Source: Candidatus Iainarchaeum sp. (GTDB taxonomy: Archaea > Iainarchaeota > Iainarchaeia > Iainarchaeales > VGJJ01). From it: a stretch of 32,000 bases of DNA. The stretch is from NCBI GenBank assembly GCA_030688545.1, contig JAUYHT010000008.1:123888-155887 (forward strand), given 5' to 3'. Under the pieces are notes generated by a model. That model was not told the DNA's origin, did not search any database, and saw only the letters and a list, made by a program, of their open reading frames with translations. Each line of letters begins with the position of its first letter. Within the stretch, counting starts at the first letter, position 1. The position numbers and the translations under genes are program-made. Of this stretch, positions 1 to 7,194 are shown in pieces.

Positions 1-230
1 TTTGTTTTTTTGGCTAGCTGTGAAACACCCAATGGTTTTTCATCATCATATTCAATAAGTTGCTGAAGCAAATGAAGCTTCTGTGGAGACAACGCCTCCA
101 ACATACTTTTCCAATCCTTGAAATAAATCACATGACTAGTCACTTTAATGAGTTTTGGGTTTTGGAAAACGGCCTTAAGGTCTTCCCGCGGGTTCCCCCC
201 GATTCTGAAAACGATCCTTCGCCCCATCAT
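1..230 (-). CDS. Partial HTH DNA-binding protein (C-terminus cut by window edge), HVO_A0114/TumA-like putative antitoxin
   Basis: My own minus-strand translation from the ATG at 230: MMGRRIVFRIGGNPREDLKAVFQNPKLIKVTSHVIYFKDWKSMLEALSPQKLHLLQQLIEYDDEKPLGVSQLAKKT.., open to base 1. It is absent from the supplied track because there is no stop inside the window. The 'LSPxxLxLLxxL....PxxVSQLAK' layout resembles the HTH partners encoded just downstream of DUF6516/TumE-type genes. It starts 17 nt after the stop of 248..598. Confidence 0.5.
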   Translation of the reverse strand, partial: MMGRRIVFRIGGNPREDLKAVFQNPKLIKVTSHVIYFKDWKSMLEALSPQKLHLLQQLIEYDDEKPLGVSQLAKKT

Positions 231-247
231 ACGTATAGCACACTCCG

Positions 248-598
248 TTATATATAATTGTTTTGGTATTGAGCCAAATACCATCTCCAGTTTCCCATGA
301 CCTTCTCATAGTAATATATCACCGCCTCATACGAAACAGGACGATTATGATACTCCTTTTCTCCTGGACCTATGAAAAAATTATGCATGTGAATGGACTC
401 CTTTTTGTTCCCGTCAATTTTGACAATTTCAATTGGATGACTATCTTTCCAATGAAGCTGAATGATAGCGAATGATTCAATAATCGAAAAATCTTCATCA
501 GCCCGAATCCGGACGACCATTTTATTCTGTTCGGTTTCATCGAGTGAAACTATCATTTTATAATTTTTCAAATCGCTCATTTTAGCAACCGCCAGCAT
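248..598 (-). CDS. DUF6516/TumE-like putative toxin component (hypothetical)
   Basis: 116-aa ORF. The core 'VKIDGNKKESIHMHNF..EKEYHNRPVSYEAVIYYYEKV' resembles the His-rich core of TumE-family proteins as I remember the pattern. AT-rich. The A/T palindrome AAAATTTT (618..625) lies about 24 nt upstream of the ATG. An HTH gene follows directly. Confidence 0.55.
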   Translation of the reverse strand: MLAVAKMSDLKNYKMIVSLDETEQNKMVVRIRADEDFSIIESFAIIQLHWKDSHPIEIVKIDGNKKESIHMHNFFIGPGEKEYHNRPVSYEAVIYYYEKVMGNWRWYLAQYQNNYI

Positions 599-641
599 TC
601 AATTTATATTGTTAGGGAAAATTTTTGCGCGAATTCATACC

Positions 642-653
642 TTTATTTTTATA
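642..653 (+). promoter_or_regulatory. TATA-box-like element for leaderless glyoxalase-family gene
   Basis: TTTATTTTTATA; the core TTTTTATA is centred about 26 nt upstream of the ATG at 676. Confidence 0.45.
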
Positions 654-675
654 CTGTTGACTACAAAATAGCAAT

Positions 676-1065
676 ATGCCCCCTATTCTCAATGTCAACG
701 CCATCGACCACATCAACATGTCCGTGAAGGACCTGGAGAAGAGCGTGCGGTTCTACCGAGAGGTGTTCGGCTTCGAGATCAAGGAGGACCAATCCAAGGA
801 CGCTTCCTACATCATCGGCAATGCGCACGTGAAACTCTGTTTATATGAGGACAAGAATTTACATGTCAAGGAAGGGCTGAACCATTTCGGCTTCCACATC
901 GAAAATTTTGATGAGATAATTTCAAGATGCAAGGAAATGGGAGTGCCGGTTTCCTATGATGGAGCAATTGAGTGGAAAAACCCCGCGCGATCCAAATCCA
1001 TCTACATCACCGACCCCTCCGGATATGTCATTGAATTAAGCAACCTTCCCGGGGGCGGGTTGTGA
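676..1065 (+). CDS. VOC (glyoxalase/bleomycin resistance/dioxygenase) family protein
   Basis: 'IDHINMSVKDLEKSVRFYREVFGFEI', 'LNHFGFHIENFDEI' and 'IYITDPSGYVIELS' form the typical paired beta-alpha-beta-beta-beta VOC signature. Confidence 0.85.
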   Translation: MPPILNVNAIDHINMSVKDLEKSVRFYREVFGFEIKEDQSKDASYIIGNAHVKLCLYEDKNLHVKEGLNHFGFHIENFDEIISRCKEMGVPVSYDGAIEWKNPARSKSIYITDPSGYVIELSNLPGGGL

Positions 1066-1066
1066 A

Positions 1067-1510
1067 TCACGCAATCGGGTTTATGGCAGTGATCCCCGGA
1101 ATATTATTGAAATCCTTTACGTTTTCAGTGTAAATGACATGGGTTTTATTTCGTAGTGCCGTTTGGGCTAAAACAACATCGTAATAGTCAAGACGCTGCT
1201 GGCCGCAAATCGCAACCGCTTCGCGAATGCTTATCGGGTCATCCACCAATACTATGGGAAACATCTCGCAAAAAAAGGAGATGAAATCGCCGACTTCTTG
1301 AGAATGGGTGCCTTTCTTTTGAATCATCACGCTACCAAATTCGCGCAAATTCTGCATTGCAATAAGAAAATGATCCTTATTCTCTTCCACTTCTCGCATA
1401 AACCGTTGGGCTTTGGCGTGCTTTTCCTTCTCGTTCGCATCCGCAAAATAAACGAGGATGTTGGTGTCAATTAGGGCTGTCCCGCTCATTCGAACACCTT
1501 TCAAAATCAT
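1067..1510 (-). CDS. vapC: PIN-domain ribonuclease toxin VapC
   Basis: 'ALIDTNILVYF' supplies the first acidic residue. Later acidic positions lie in 'LREFGSV', 'LVDDPISI' and 'RLDYYDVVLAQTA'. The 4-nt overlap (ATGA) with the upstream antitoxin ORF supports the 1510 start. An alternative ATG at 1489 (MSGTALID) is preceded by AGGTG. Confidence 0.85.
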   Translation of the reverse strand: MILKGVRMSGTALIDTNILVYFADANEKEKHAKAQRFMREVEENKDHFLIAMQNLREFGSVMIQKKGTHSQEVGDFISFFCEMFPIVLVDDPISIREAVAICGQQRLDYYDVVLAQTALRNKTHVIYTENVKDFNNIPGITAINPIA

Positions 1511-1803
1511 TCTCCGTCTGAATCGCCCACGATTTTATGCAAGTGCTCAAACCGTTTTCCTTTGTAAAGGTCGGCGCGCTTAAACGTTCCCACGCCTAAA
1601 TCAATATCACGATTGGATAATTCCCAGGCTTTTTTCCAGGCCCGTTTCCGTCTGTTTTCTTTATCTAATAATTCGAGGGCCTCTTCTACGGTCGCCGAGA
1701 TGGCCCCTTTTTTACCGCCTTTTTCCATGGCCAATTTTGTCAATAGCTTATCCTTTTCATCACTAATGGAGATTAAACGCTGTTTCATAGTAGATATGGG
1801 CAT
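1507..1803 (-). CDS. vapB: Ribbon-helix-helix (CopG/VapB-like) antitoxin
   Basis: The N-terminal 'KQRLISISDEKDKLLTKLAMEKG..ISATVEEALELL' fits a strand-helix-helix RHH layout. It overlaps the PIN gene by 4 nt. A palindromic operator lies immediately upstream. Confidence 0.75.
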   Translation of the reverse strand: MPISTMKQRLISISDEKDKLLTKLAMEKGGKKGAISATVEEALELLDKENRRKRAWKKAWELSNRDIDLGVGTFKRADLYKGKRFEHLHKIVGDSDGE

Positions 1804-1809
1804 TCCAAC

Positions 1810-1831
1810 TATATATGGATTACCATATATA
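1810..1831. promoter_or_regulatory. Perfect 9-4-9 inverted repeat (TATATATGG atta CCATATATA) overlapping the vapBC TATA region; putative operator
   Basis: Read directly from the sequence. The arms at 1810..1818 and 1823..1831 are exact reverse complements. The right arm is centred about 25 nt upstream of the vapB ATG (1803, minus strand). Confidence 0.6.
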
Positions 1832-1856
1832 TCCTTTTCGAGGGCGGAGCGCCGAG

Positions 1857-1862
1857 AAAAAA
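1857..1862 (-). terminator. Oligo-T (T6 on minus strand) candidate archaeal terminator after the COG2403 gene
   Basis: The A6 run on the plus strand is T6 on the minus strand. It lies about 52 nt downstream of the stop at 1914 and is flanked by GC-rich sequence. Confidence 0.3.
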
Positions 1863-1913
1863 GGGCCGCTGAAACCTACAGACGGGGAATTCCTTTCTTG
1901 GGATAAAACTGCT

Positions 1914-3284
1914 TCACCGGGTACGGCGCGATGGGGGCTTTTCGAAAAACCCTCCTTGCTTCAAAATTCGTTTCAAATCCATTTTCCCTTTTTCCTTCAA
2001 CGCGTAATTCACCTGCACGATGGGCTTGTTGAGCTTAACAATGTTCCCCAAATCAATAGGAGTGCCGGAAACCACATAGTCACAATCCGCCTTATTCAAC
2101 GTCTTCTCCAGTTCGCTGATCTGGATTTTGGAATAACCCAGCGCAGGAATCACTTCTTTCAGATTGGGATATTTGTCGAACGCTTTCCGAATATCCCCCA
2201 CCAGGAAGGGTTTGGGGTCTAGGATGATGGCGCCCTTCTCTTTAGCGAAAACGGTTCCCGCTCCAAATGGCATACCCCCATGCGTCACGGTGGGACCATC
2301 TTCCACCACCACCACTTTTTTCCCACGCAACCGAATCTTAGAATCGGTATGGAGTACAGAATCCGCATGGATGATTTTAGCCTTTGGATTATAATGCTGA
2401 ATGTTCCGCTGGGTCACCTTGATTTGGGACGGGTGCGCGGCATTCTCCTTGTTGATCACAATAACGTCGGCCATGCGCAGGTTGGTTTCGCCGGGATGAT
2501 AATGCATCTCGTCCCCCGCCCGCAGGGGGTCCACAATTACGAAAAGGAGATCCGGCTTGATGAACGAAAAATCATTGTTCCCCCCATCCCAGATGATGAC
2601 ATCGGCTTCCTTCTCGGCGCGGCGGAGAATTTTTTCATAGTTCACCCCCGCGTACACAATTAATCCCTCCCGGATGTGTTTCTCGTATTCCTCCCGCTCC
2701 TCAATGGTGGCGCGGTGGTGCTTGAGGTCCTTGAGCGTGGCGTATCGCTGCACTTCCTGCCGGGTGAGATTACCATATGGCATGGGGTGCCGGATGACCA
2801 CGCCCCGACGCTTAGCCAGCTTGAGCAACCCCCCAATTTTCCTCGTGGTCTGGGATTTCCCCGAACCGGTGCGCACCGCGCAGATGGCGATAACAGGTTT
2901 GCTCGATCGCAACATCGTGGCATCCGGCCCCAATAGCCTGAAATTGGTTCCCGCCGCCAGGCATTGAGAGGCGCGATGCATCACATACTCATGCGACACA
3001 TCCGAATACGCGAACACCACTTCATTCACCTTGTATTCCTGAATGAGTTGAGTCAGCTTGTCCTCCGGGAAGATGGGAATCCCTTTAGGATAGAGCTTCC
3101 CGGCGAGCTTGGCGGGAAACTTCCTCCCCGCTATCCCTGGTATCTGGGTGGCCGTGAAACATACTACATCATAGAAAGGATTGTCCTTGTACACCTGATA
3201 GAAATCGAAGAAATCTCGTCCAGCTGCACCCATGATGATGATGCGGCGTTTTACGAATTGAAGGGGAGTTGTGGGCCCGGCCAT
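1914..3284 (-). CDS. COG2403-family P-loop protein (annotated in databases as predicted GTPase / cyclic 2,3-diphosphoglycerate synthetase-like)
   Basis: 456 aa. N-terminal Rossmann-like 'RIIIMGAAGRDFFDF' and a central P-loop 'ICAVRTGSGKSQTT'. 'IIWDGGNNDF' and 'VTHGGMPFGAG' recall the cDPG-synthetase/COG2403 family. The precise activity cannot be inferred. Confidence 0.6.
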   Translation of the reverse strand: MAGPTTPLQFVKRRIIIMGAAGRDFFDFYQVYKDNPFYDVVCFTATQIPGIAGRKFPAKLAGKLYPKGIPIFPEDKLTQLIQEYKVNEVVFAYSDVSHEYVMHRASQCLAAGTNFRLLGPDATMLRSSKPVIAICAVRTGSGKSQTTRKIGGLLKLAKRRGVVIRHPMPYGNLTRQEVQRYATLKDLKHHRATIEEREEYEKHIREGLIVYAGVNYEKILRRAEKEADVIIWDGGNNDFSFIKPDLLFVIVDPLRAGDEMHYHPGETNLRMADVIVINKENAAHPSQIKVTQRNIQHYNPKAKIIHADSVLHTDSKIRLRGKKVVVVEDGPTVTHGGMPFGAGTVFAKEKGAIILDPKPFLVGDIRKAFDKYPNLKEVIPALGYSKIQISELEKTLNKADCDYVVSGTPIDLGNIVKLNKPIVQVNYALKEKGKMDLKRILKQGGFFEKPPSRRTR

Positions 3285-3297
3285 TCTGGTTCACCAT

Positions 3298-4686
3298 TCA
3301 CAGGAAAAATTCCTTGCCTTTTAAGAATGCGCTCAGGGCACGGGCGAATTCATCATCTTTGCGCGCGAGCCCAGTCAAATGCGTTTCCTGCAGAATCTTA
3401 AAATCACTCATCGCTGAGGCCAATTCGTCTTTTTCATTAGCAATCATCTTACCTTTCCATATCTCTTCCAGTGCGCCCTCGGCCTTAACAAAACGCCTTG
3501 TTTCTTCCACCACCAACCGCCCCTCCTCGATGCGGGGCCCCGACAAAGGATGAGAGTGGGCTTTAAGGAACGCCTCCGCATGCCCTGCTTCCACCACTTT
3601 CGGTCCAATCCTGGTTTTGGATTTCTGCAGGATAGGATTGGCGACATCGAAGAAGAGGTAACAATCCTCCCCCCCACTCGTATGGGTGAAAGTGCGTCGC
3701 ACGATGAAATCATTCTGCTGCAATCCGGTGGAGGCACGCCGGGACAATCGAGCGAGCTGCCCCCACACCACATCCTCGACGATTCCTTTTGGATAAGAAA
3801 AATGCAGGCCGATGAGCTCTTCCGTCTGGAACCTTTTTTTCAATTCCTTTTCTGGCAAAGCCTTTTCCTGGTGACCGAAAAAGAATGTCATTCGGGGGCG
3901 GTTGAGAAAGCTCCGGGCCGCCATGATAAGACGGGCGAACTGGTTATAGGACAAGGCCGCGGCCACATTACGAATTTTATCGGTGGGATCCACGACCACC
4001 AAGAACGCGCCTGGAAAAAGCGATAGGGCCTCGGACTCGGAACCGTATTCGTTTTCCCTATCAATCACCGTGCCCTCTTTCCAAAAAGCCATGGCGCGCA
4101 GCGCTTTCTCGAATGTCCCATATTCCAGAATAAGCAATTCCACCAGATACCCTGGCACCCCCTGGTACCGGGTGTCCGCTCCATACACTTGGATGCCCTT
4201 GAAGAATTGTTTGAGCAGACGAACCTGATTCCGTTGATAGATTTTCAATCGACGTTTGACATAGGAGGTATGAAACGGGGTGCGATCCACGGCAGAAATC
4301 TTCTCAGTAGCTTTTCCCACCTTAAACACCGGGACAATTTCCACATCGAACCCATCGATATTTCCCCGGACGTAGGGGTGTTCGCTGTAGGCTTCCTCAT
4401 GGGGATTTTTACCAAAAATGAAATGGCCCAGTTTCAATCCGTGCTTCTCGAAGGATTCCCGTTTGAGGGAAGGGGAATAATACACGAAAATATCCAAATC
4501 CTTGTCCCCCGCGAGATGCGTGTCGCGCGCGATGGAACCGGCGAGCACGGCACCTTTATGGGGGCCGCGGGTCTTCCGAATGGTGCGCATGATCCTCCGG
4601 CACAATGCCTGTTCCGCGGTCCGTTCTTTCTTGGAAGGAACGATATAGGTCAACACTTTCCGTGAGAGCGCTGCTAAGGAAACCAT
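3298..4686 (-). CDS. cca: Archaeal class I CCA-adding enzyme (tRNA nucleotidyltransferase)
   Basis: The catalytic 'GSIARDTHLAGDKDLDIFV' (GS...DxD) and 'RTPFHTSYV' are present, and the length fits the archaeal class I enzyme. The track start at 4692 is a GTG. The ATG at 4686 sits about 26 nt from the palindromic TATA at 4708..4717. Confidence 0.9.
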   Translation of the reverse strand: MVSLAALSRKVLTYIVPSKKERTAEQALCRRIMRTIRKTRGPHKGAVLAGSIARDTHLAGDKDLDIFVYYSPSLKRESFEKHGLKLGHFIFGKNPHEEAYSEHPYVRGNIDGFDVEIVPVFKVGKATEKISAVDRTPFHTSYVKRRLKIYQRNQVRLLKQFFKGIQVYGADTRYQGVPGYLVELLILEYGTFEKALRAMAFWKEGTVIDRENEYGSESEALSLFPGAFLVVVDPTDKIRNVAAALSYNQFARLIMAARSFLNRPRMTFFFGHQEKALPEKELKKRFQTEELIGLHFSYPKGIVEDVVWGQLARLSRRASTGLQQNDFIVRRTFTHTSGGEDCYLFFDVANPILQKSKTRIGPKVVEAGHAEAFLKAHSHPLSGPRIEEGRLVVEETRRFVKAEGALEEIWKGKMIANEKDELASAMSDFKILQETHLTGLARKDDEFARALSAFLKGKEFFL

Positions 4687-4707
4687 ATGCACGGGAAAAC
4701 CCCCTGC

Positions 4708-4717
4708 TTAATATATT
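4708..4717. promoter_or_regulatory. Shared palindromic TATA element (TTAATATATT) for divergent cca and secretion-ATPase genes
   Basis: AATATATT is its own reverse complement. The element is centred about 25-27 nt from both the ATG at 4686 (-) and the ATG at 4738 (+). Confidence 0.5.
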
Positions 4718-4737
4718 CCACCGTGGTTCTCCCCTCC

Positions 4738-6336
4738 ATGGACAAACGCATCACGTCCATCCGGGGCGAATTATTGGAAGACACTCCCCACGCCCGCATC
4801 TACGAGGGGTTTCCCTACAACGAGTACGAGGCCAAGAAGCCTGTTTTCACCCCCCCTGAACAGGAATTCGCTGACGCATTGGCATCTGCCCTGAACGCGC
4901 GCACCCGCAGTGAAGAATGGTCGCACCGACTCCCAACAAACGTCGCCAAATCATTCGTCACGCCCTTCAAGATGCGCATGATTACCCTCGTTGAAAGTAA
5001 TGAGCTCGTGGACAAACTCCCCTCGGAAGAGGATTGGGAGACCCTCCACGCGGTGTTGACGGGATTGCTCCGCGAGCACGGGGATATCGTGAAAGACATG
5101 GATGCTTTCGCTACCTATGTATTGGATTATGGGGTGGGGTATGCGCAGATAGGGTCGCTCCTCCGCGACCCCCACTTGGAGGAAGTAATGGTGAATGGGC
5201 AGAAACGAAATGTCTTCGTCTACCACCATCGCCATGGTACTTGCAAGACTAATATCTTCGTGGAAGCGCACGACCCCCACATCCTGCGCATCATCACCAA
5301 GGCATCCAAATATGCCGGGAGAAAATTTCATGAGCACGAACCCCTATTAGACGCCCGCCTCCCCGATGGATCACGCCTCAATGCGACATTCGAAACCGTC
5401 ACCCCATTTGGTCATTCCATCACCATCCGCAAGTTCACCCGCAACATGCTGTCGGTAACCCAACTCATCGCCAACAATACCCTCACCTTTGAGACAGCCG
5501 CCTTCGTGTGGGTGATGACCGAAGGGATGGGAGTGAAACCCATGAATATGATCATCACCGGGGGCTCAGGATGCGGAAAAACGACCTTCCTCAACTGTGT
5601 GGGGAGCTTCATCCCATTTGGGGATAGGGTCATCACCATTGAAGACACGGCCGAACTCAAATTCTTCGATCGGGAGAATTGGATTTCCATGGAAGCCCAA
5701 CCCCACACCCGAACCAATCCCGGGACGGACATGAATGATTTGCTCACCAATGCCATGCGGATGCGGCCCGATAGATTAATCGTGGGGGAAGTGCGGGGAA
5801 AGGAAGCCGAAACCCTGTTCATAGCTATGGACACCGGTCACCAGGGGTGCATGGGAACCCTCCACTCCAATTCCGCGCGCGAAATGCTCGTGCGCTTGAC
5901 AAATGATCCCATGAACGTGCCCCAATCCCTATTGCCGGTGTTGGATATGGTGGTGGTGCTCCAGAAAGTGAATGATGTGAAACACGGCCTCCAACGCCGA
6001 GTATCTCAAATTGCGGAAGTGTCCCACATGAACCAGAGCATCCTCCTCTCCAACCTCTTCGAACGCCACCCGGAAACCGATCTGCTGATGCGCACCGACA
6101 CCCCCTCCCACCTGATGCAGGTGCTATCCGATGCTGCTGGAAAGAACAAGCGGAGCATCCTCCAAGAAATTCTTGTTCGCCAGCGCGTGCTGGAATGGAT
6201 GATCCGCCACCGCATATTCGACCCGGCGGACGTGGAAAAGGTGGTGCAGCAATACTACTTCGACCCGGCCGGGATCGTGGACCAAGTGACAAAGGAACTG
6301 GAAGACATCAACCCCCCTCCCCCGCGGAAGAAATGA
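4738..6336 (+). CDS. Type II/IV secretion-system ATPase (GspE/FlaI(ArlI)/PilB/VirB11 superfamily)
   Basis: Walker A 'GGSGCGKTTFLN', Walker B region 'RPDRLIVGEVRGKEA' and His box 'GHQGCMGTLHSNSA' are present. 'LEEVMVNG' and 'SITIRKF' are typical of archaeal pilus/archaellum ATPases. The track start at 4687 would abut the cca start. The ATG at 4738 fits the TATA spacing. Confidence 0.88.
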   Translation: MDKRITSIRGELLEDTPHARIYEGFPYNEYEAKKPVFTPPEQEFADALASALNARTRSEEWSHRLPTNVAKSFVTPFKMRMITLVESNELVDKLPSEEDWETLHAVLTGLLREHGDIVKDMDAFATYVLDYGVGYAQIGSLLRDPHLEEVMVNGQKRNVFVYHHRHGTCKTNIFVEAHDPHILRIITKASKYAGRKFHEHEPLLDARLPDGSRLNATFETVTPFGHSITIRKFTRNMLSVTQLIANNTLTFETAAFVWVMTEGMGVKPMNMIITGGSGCGKTTFLNCVGSFIPFGDRVITIEDTAELKFFDRENWISMEAQPHTRTNPGTDMNDLLTNAMRMRPDRLIVGEVRGKEAETLFIAMDTGHQGCMGTLHSNSAREMLVRLTNDPMNVPQSLLPVLDMVVVLQKVNDVKHGLQRRVSQIAEVSHMNQSILLSNLFERHPETDLLMRTDTPSHLMQVLSDAAGKNKRSILQEILVRQRVLEWMIRHRIFDPADVEKVVQQYYFDPAGIVDQVTKELEDINPPPPRKK

Positions 6337-6399
6337 ATGGGATTTACTCTCTGGCGAATCACCCGATTGTTTATATTCCAGTAAGCCCTAATGGGAAGC

Positions 6400-7194
6400 A
6401 TGCGTTTATTGGGAATAGGATTGGCCTTTTTGCTCGTTCTCTCATTCGCCTCGGCCGATGCCCTCCTCGTGGACCCGGTGGTGGAGAAAGGGAAACCCGG
6501 CGCCACGTTTGACTTGGGAAAGATCGAACCCGGCCAGGGGATTGAGGTCATCCTCTCCAAGGACACCGGGTATGGGGCGTCCGCATTCTGGACCCAATTT
6601 GAATGGACCTCTCTTTCGGATGACAGCCTTCGGGCGCAGGATTCCCAGATTGGCCAAGAAAGCCTTGTCGGCCGAATACAAGCCACCGGATTCACTGAGG
6701 AAGGAACGTACCACGCCACCCTCGTCCTGAAAGGCGACCCCACCCTATTACAAGAGGAAACCTACCACGTGATATTTACTGTTCAACCCACCCTCGTGAA
6801 AGGTAGCTTGGCCGTGAGGGGGGTAGAAGGAAGGGTCAACCAGGAAATGACCTTTGATGTCCTCCTGGTGAATGATTCCTCTTCCCCCGTGCGCATCCGC
6901 GTACAACCCGAGCTACCGGGAACATGGAGCTCGCCGCGCGAGATCCACTTGGCTCCCCGCTCATTCCAGAATGTGGAGGTTGGCATTACCCCCCGATTCG
7001 CGGGAGAGAAGACTTTCCCCCTGCACCTGGTGAATACTGAAACCAATCACATTTATTCCACGCTCCAGGGCAACCTCACGGCCCGACCCGAACTCAAAGA
7101 CCGGTACGCGGCGGGGTTATACGGATTTCCATTTTTTACCATCTCATTAGTGGCGAACACCCTGGCGAATGCCTTTTTTAGCCTTCTCCTGTGA
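6400..7194 (+). CDS. Secreted, C-terminally membrane-anchored protein with CARDB/NEW3-like Ig-fold module (hypothetical)
   Basis: Sec-type signal peptide MRLLGIGLAFLLVLSFASA|DA. C-terminal hydrophobic helix 'FPFFTISLVANTLANAFFSLLL'. 'TFDVLLVNDSSSPVRIRVQPELPGTWSS..LAPRSFQNVEVGITP' resembles NEW3/CARDB repeats. The TATA TTTATATT (6370..6377) lies 26 nt upstream of the ATG at 6400; the track ORF begins at 6391. Confidence 0.7.
   Translation: MRLLGIGLAFLLVLSFASADALLVDPVVEKGKPGATFDLGKIEPGQGIEVILSKDTGYGASAFWTQFEWTSLSDDSLRAQDSQIGQESLVGRIQATGFTEEGTYHATLVLKGDPTLLQEETYHVIFTVQPTLVKGSLAVRGVEGRVNQEMTFDVLLVNDSSSPVRIRVQPELPGTWSSPREIHLAPRSFQNVEVGITPRFAGEKTFPLHLVNTETNHIYSTLQGNLTARPELKDRYAAGLYGFPFFTISLVANTLANAFFSLLL

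Noticed and set aside
60-257. 65-aa plus-strand ORF at the window start.
   Set aside because: It is antisense to the better-supported partial HTH gene (1..230, minus strand), which pairs with the TumE-like gene. No motif or promoter supports it.
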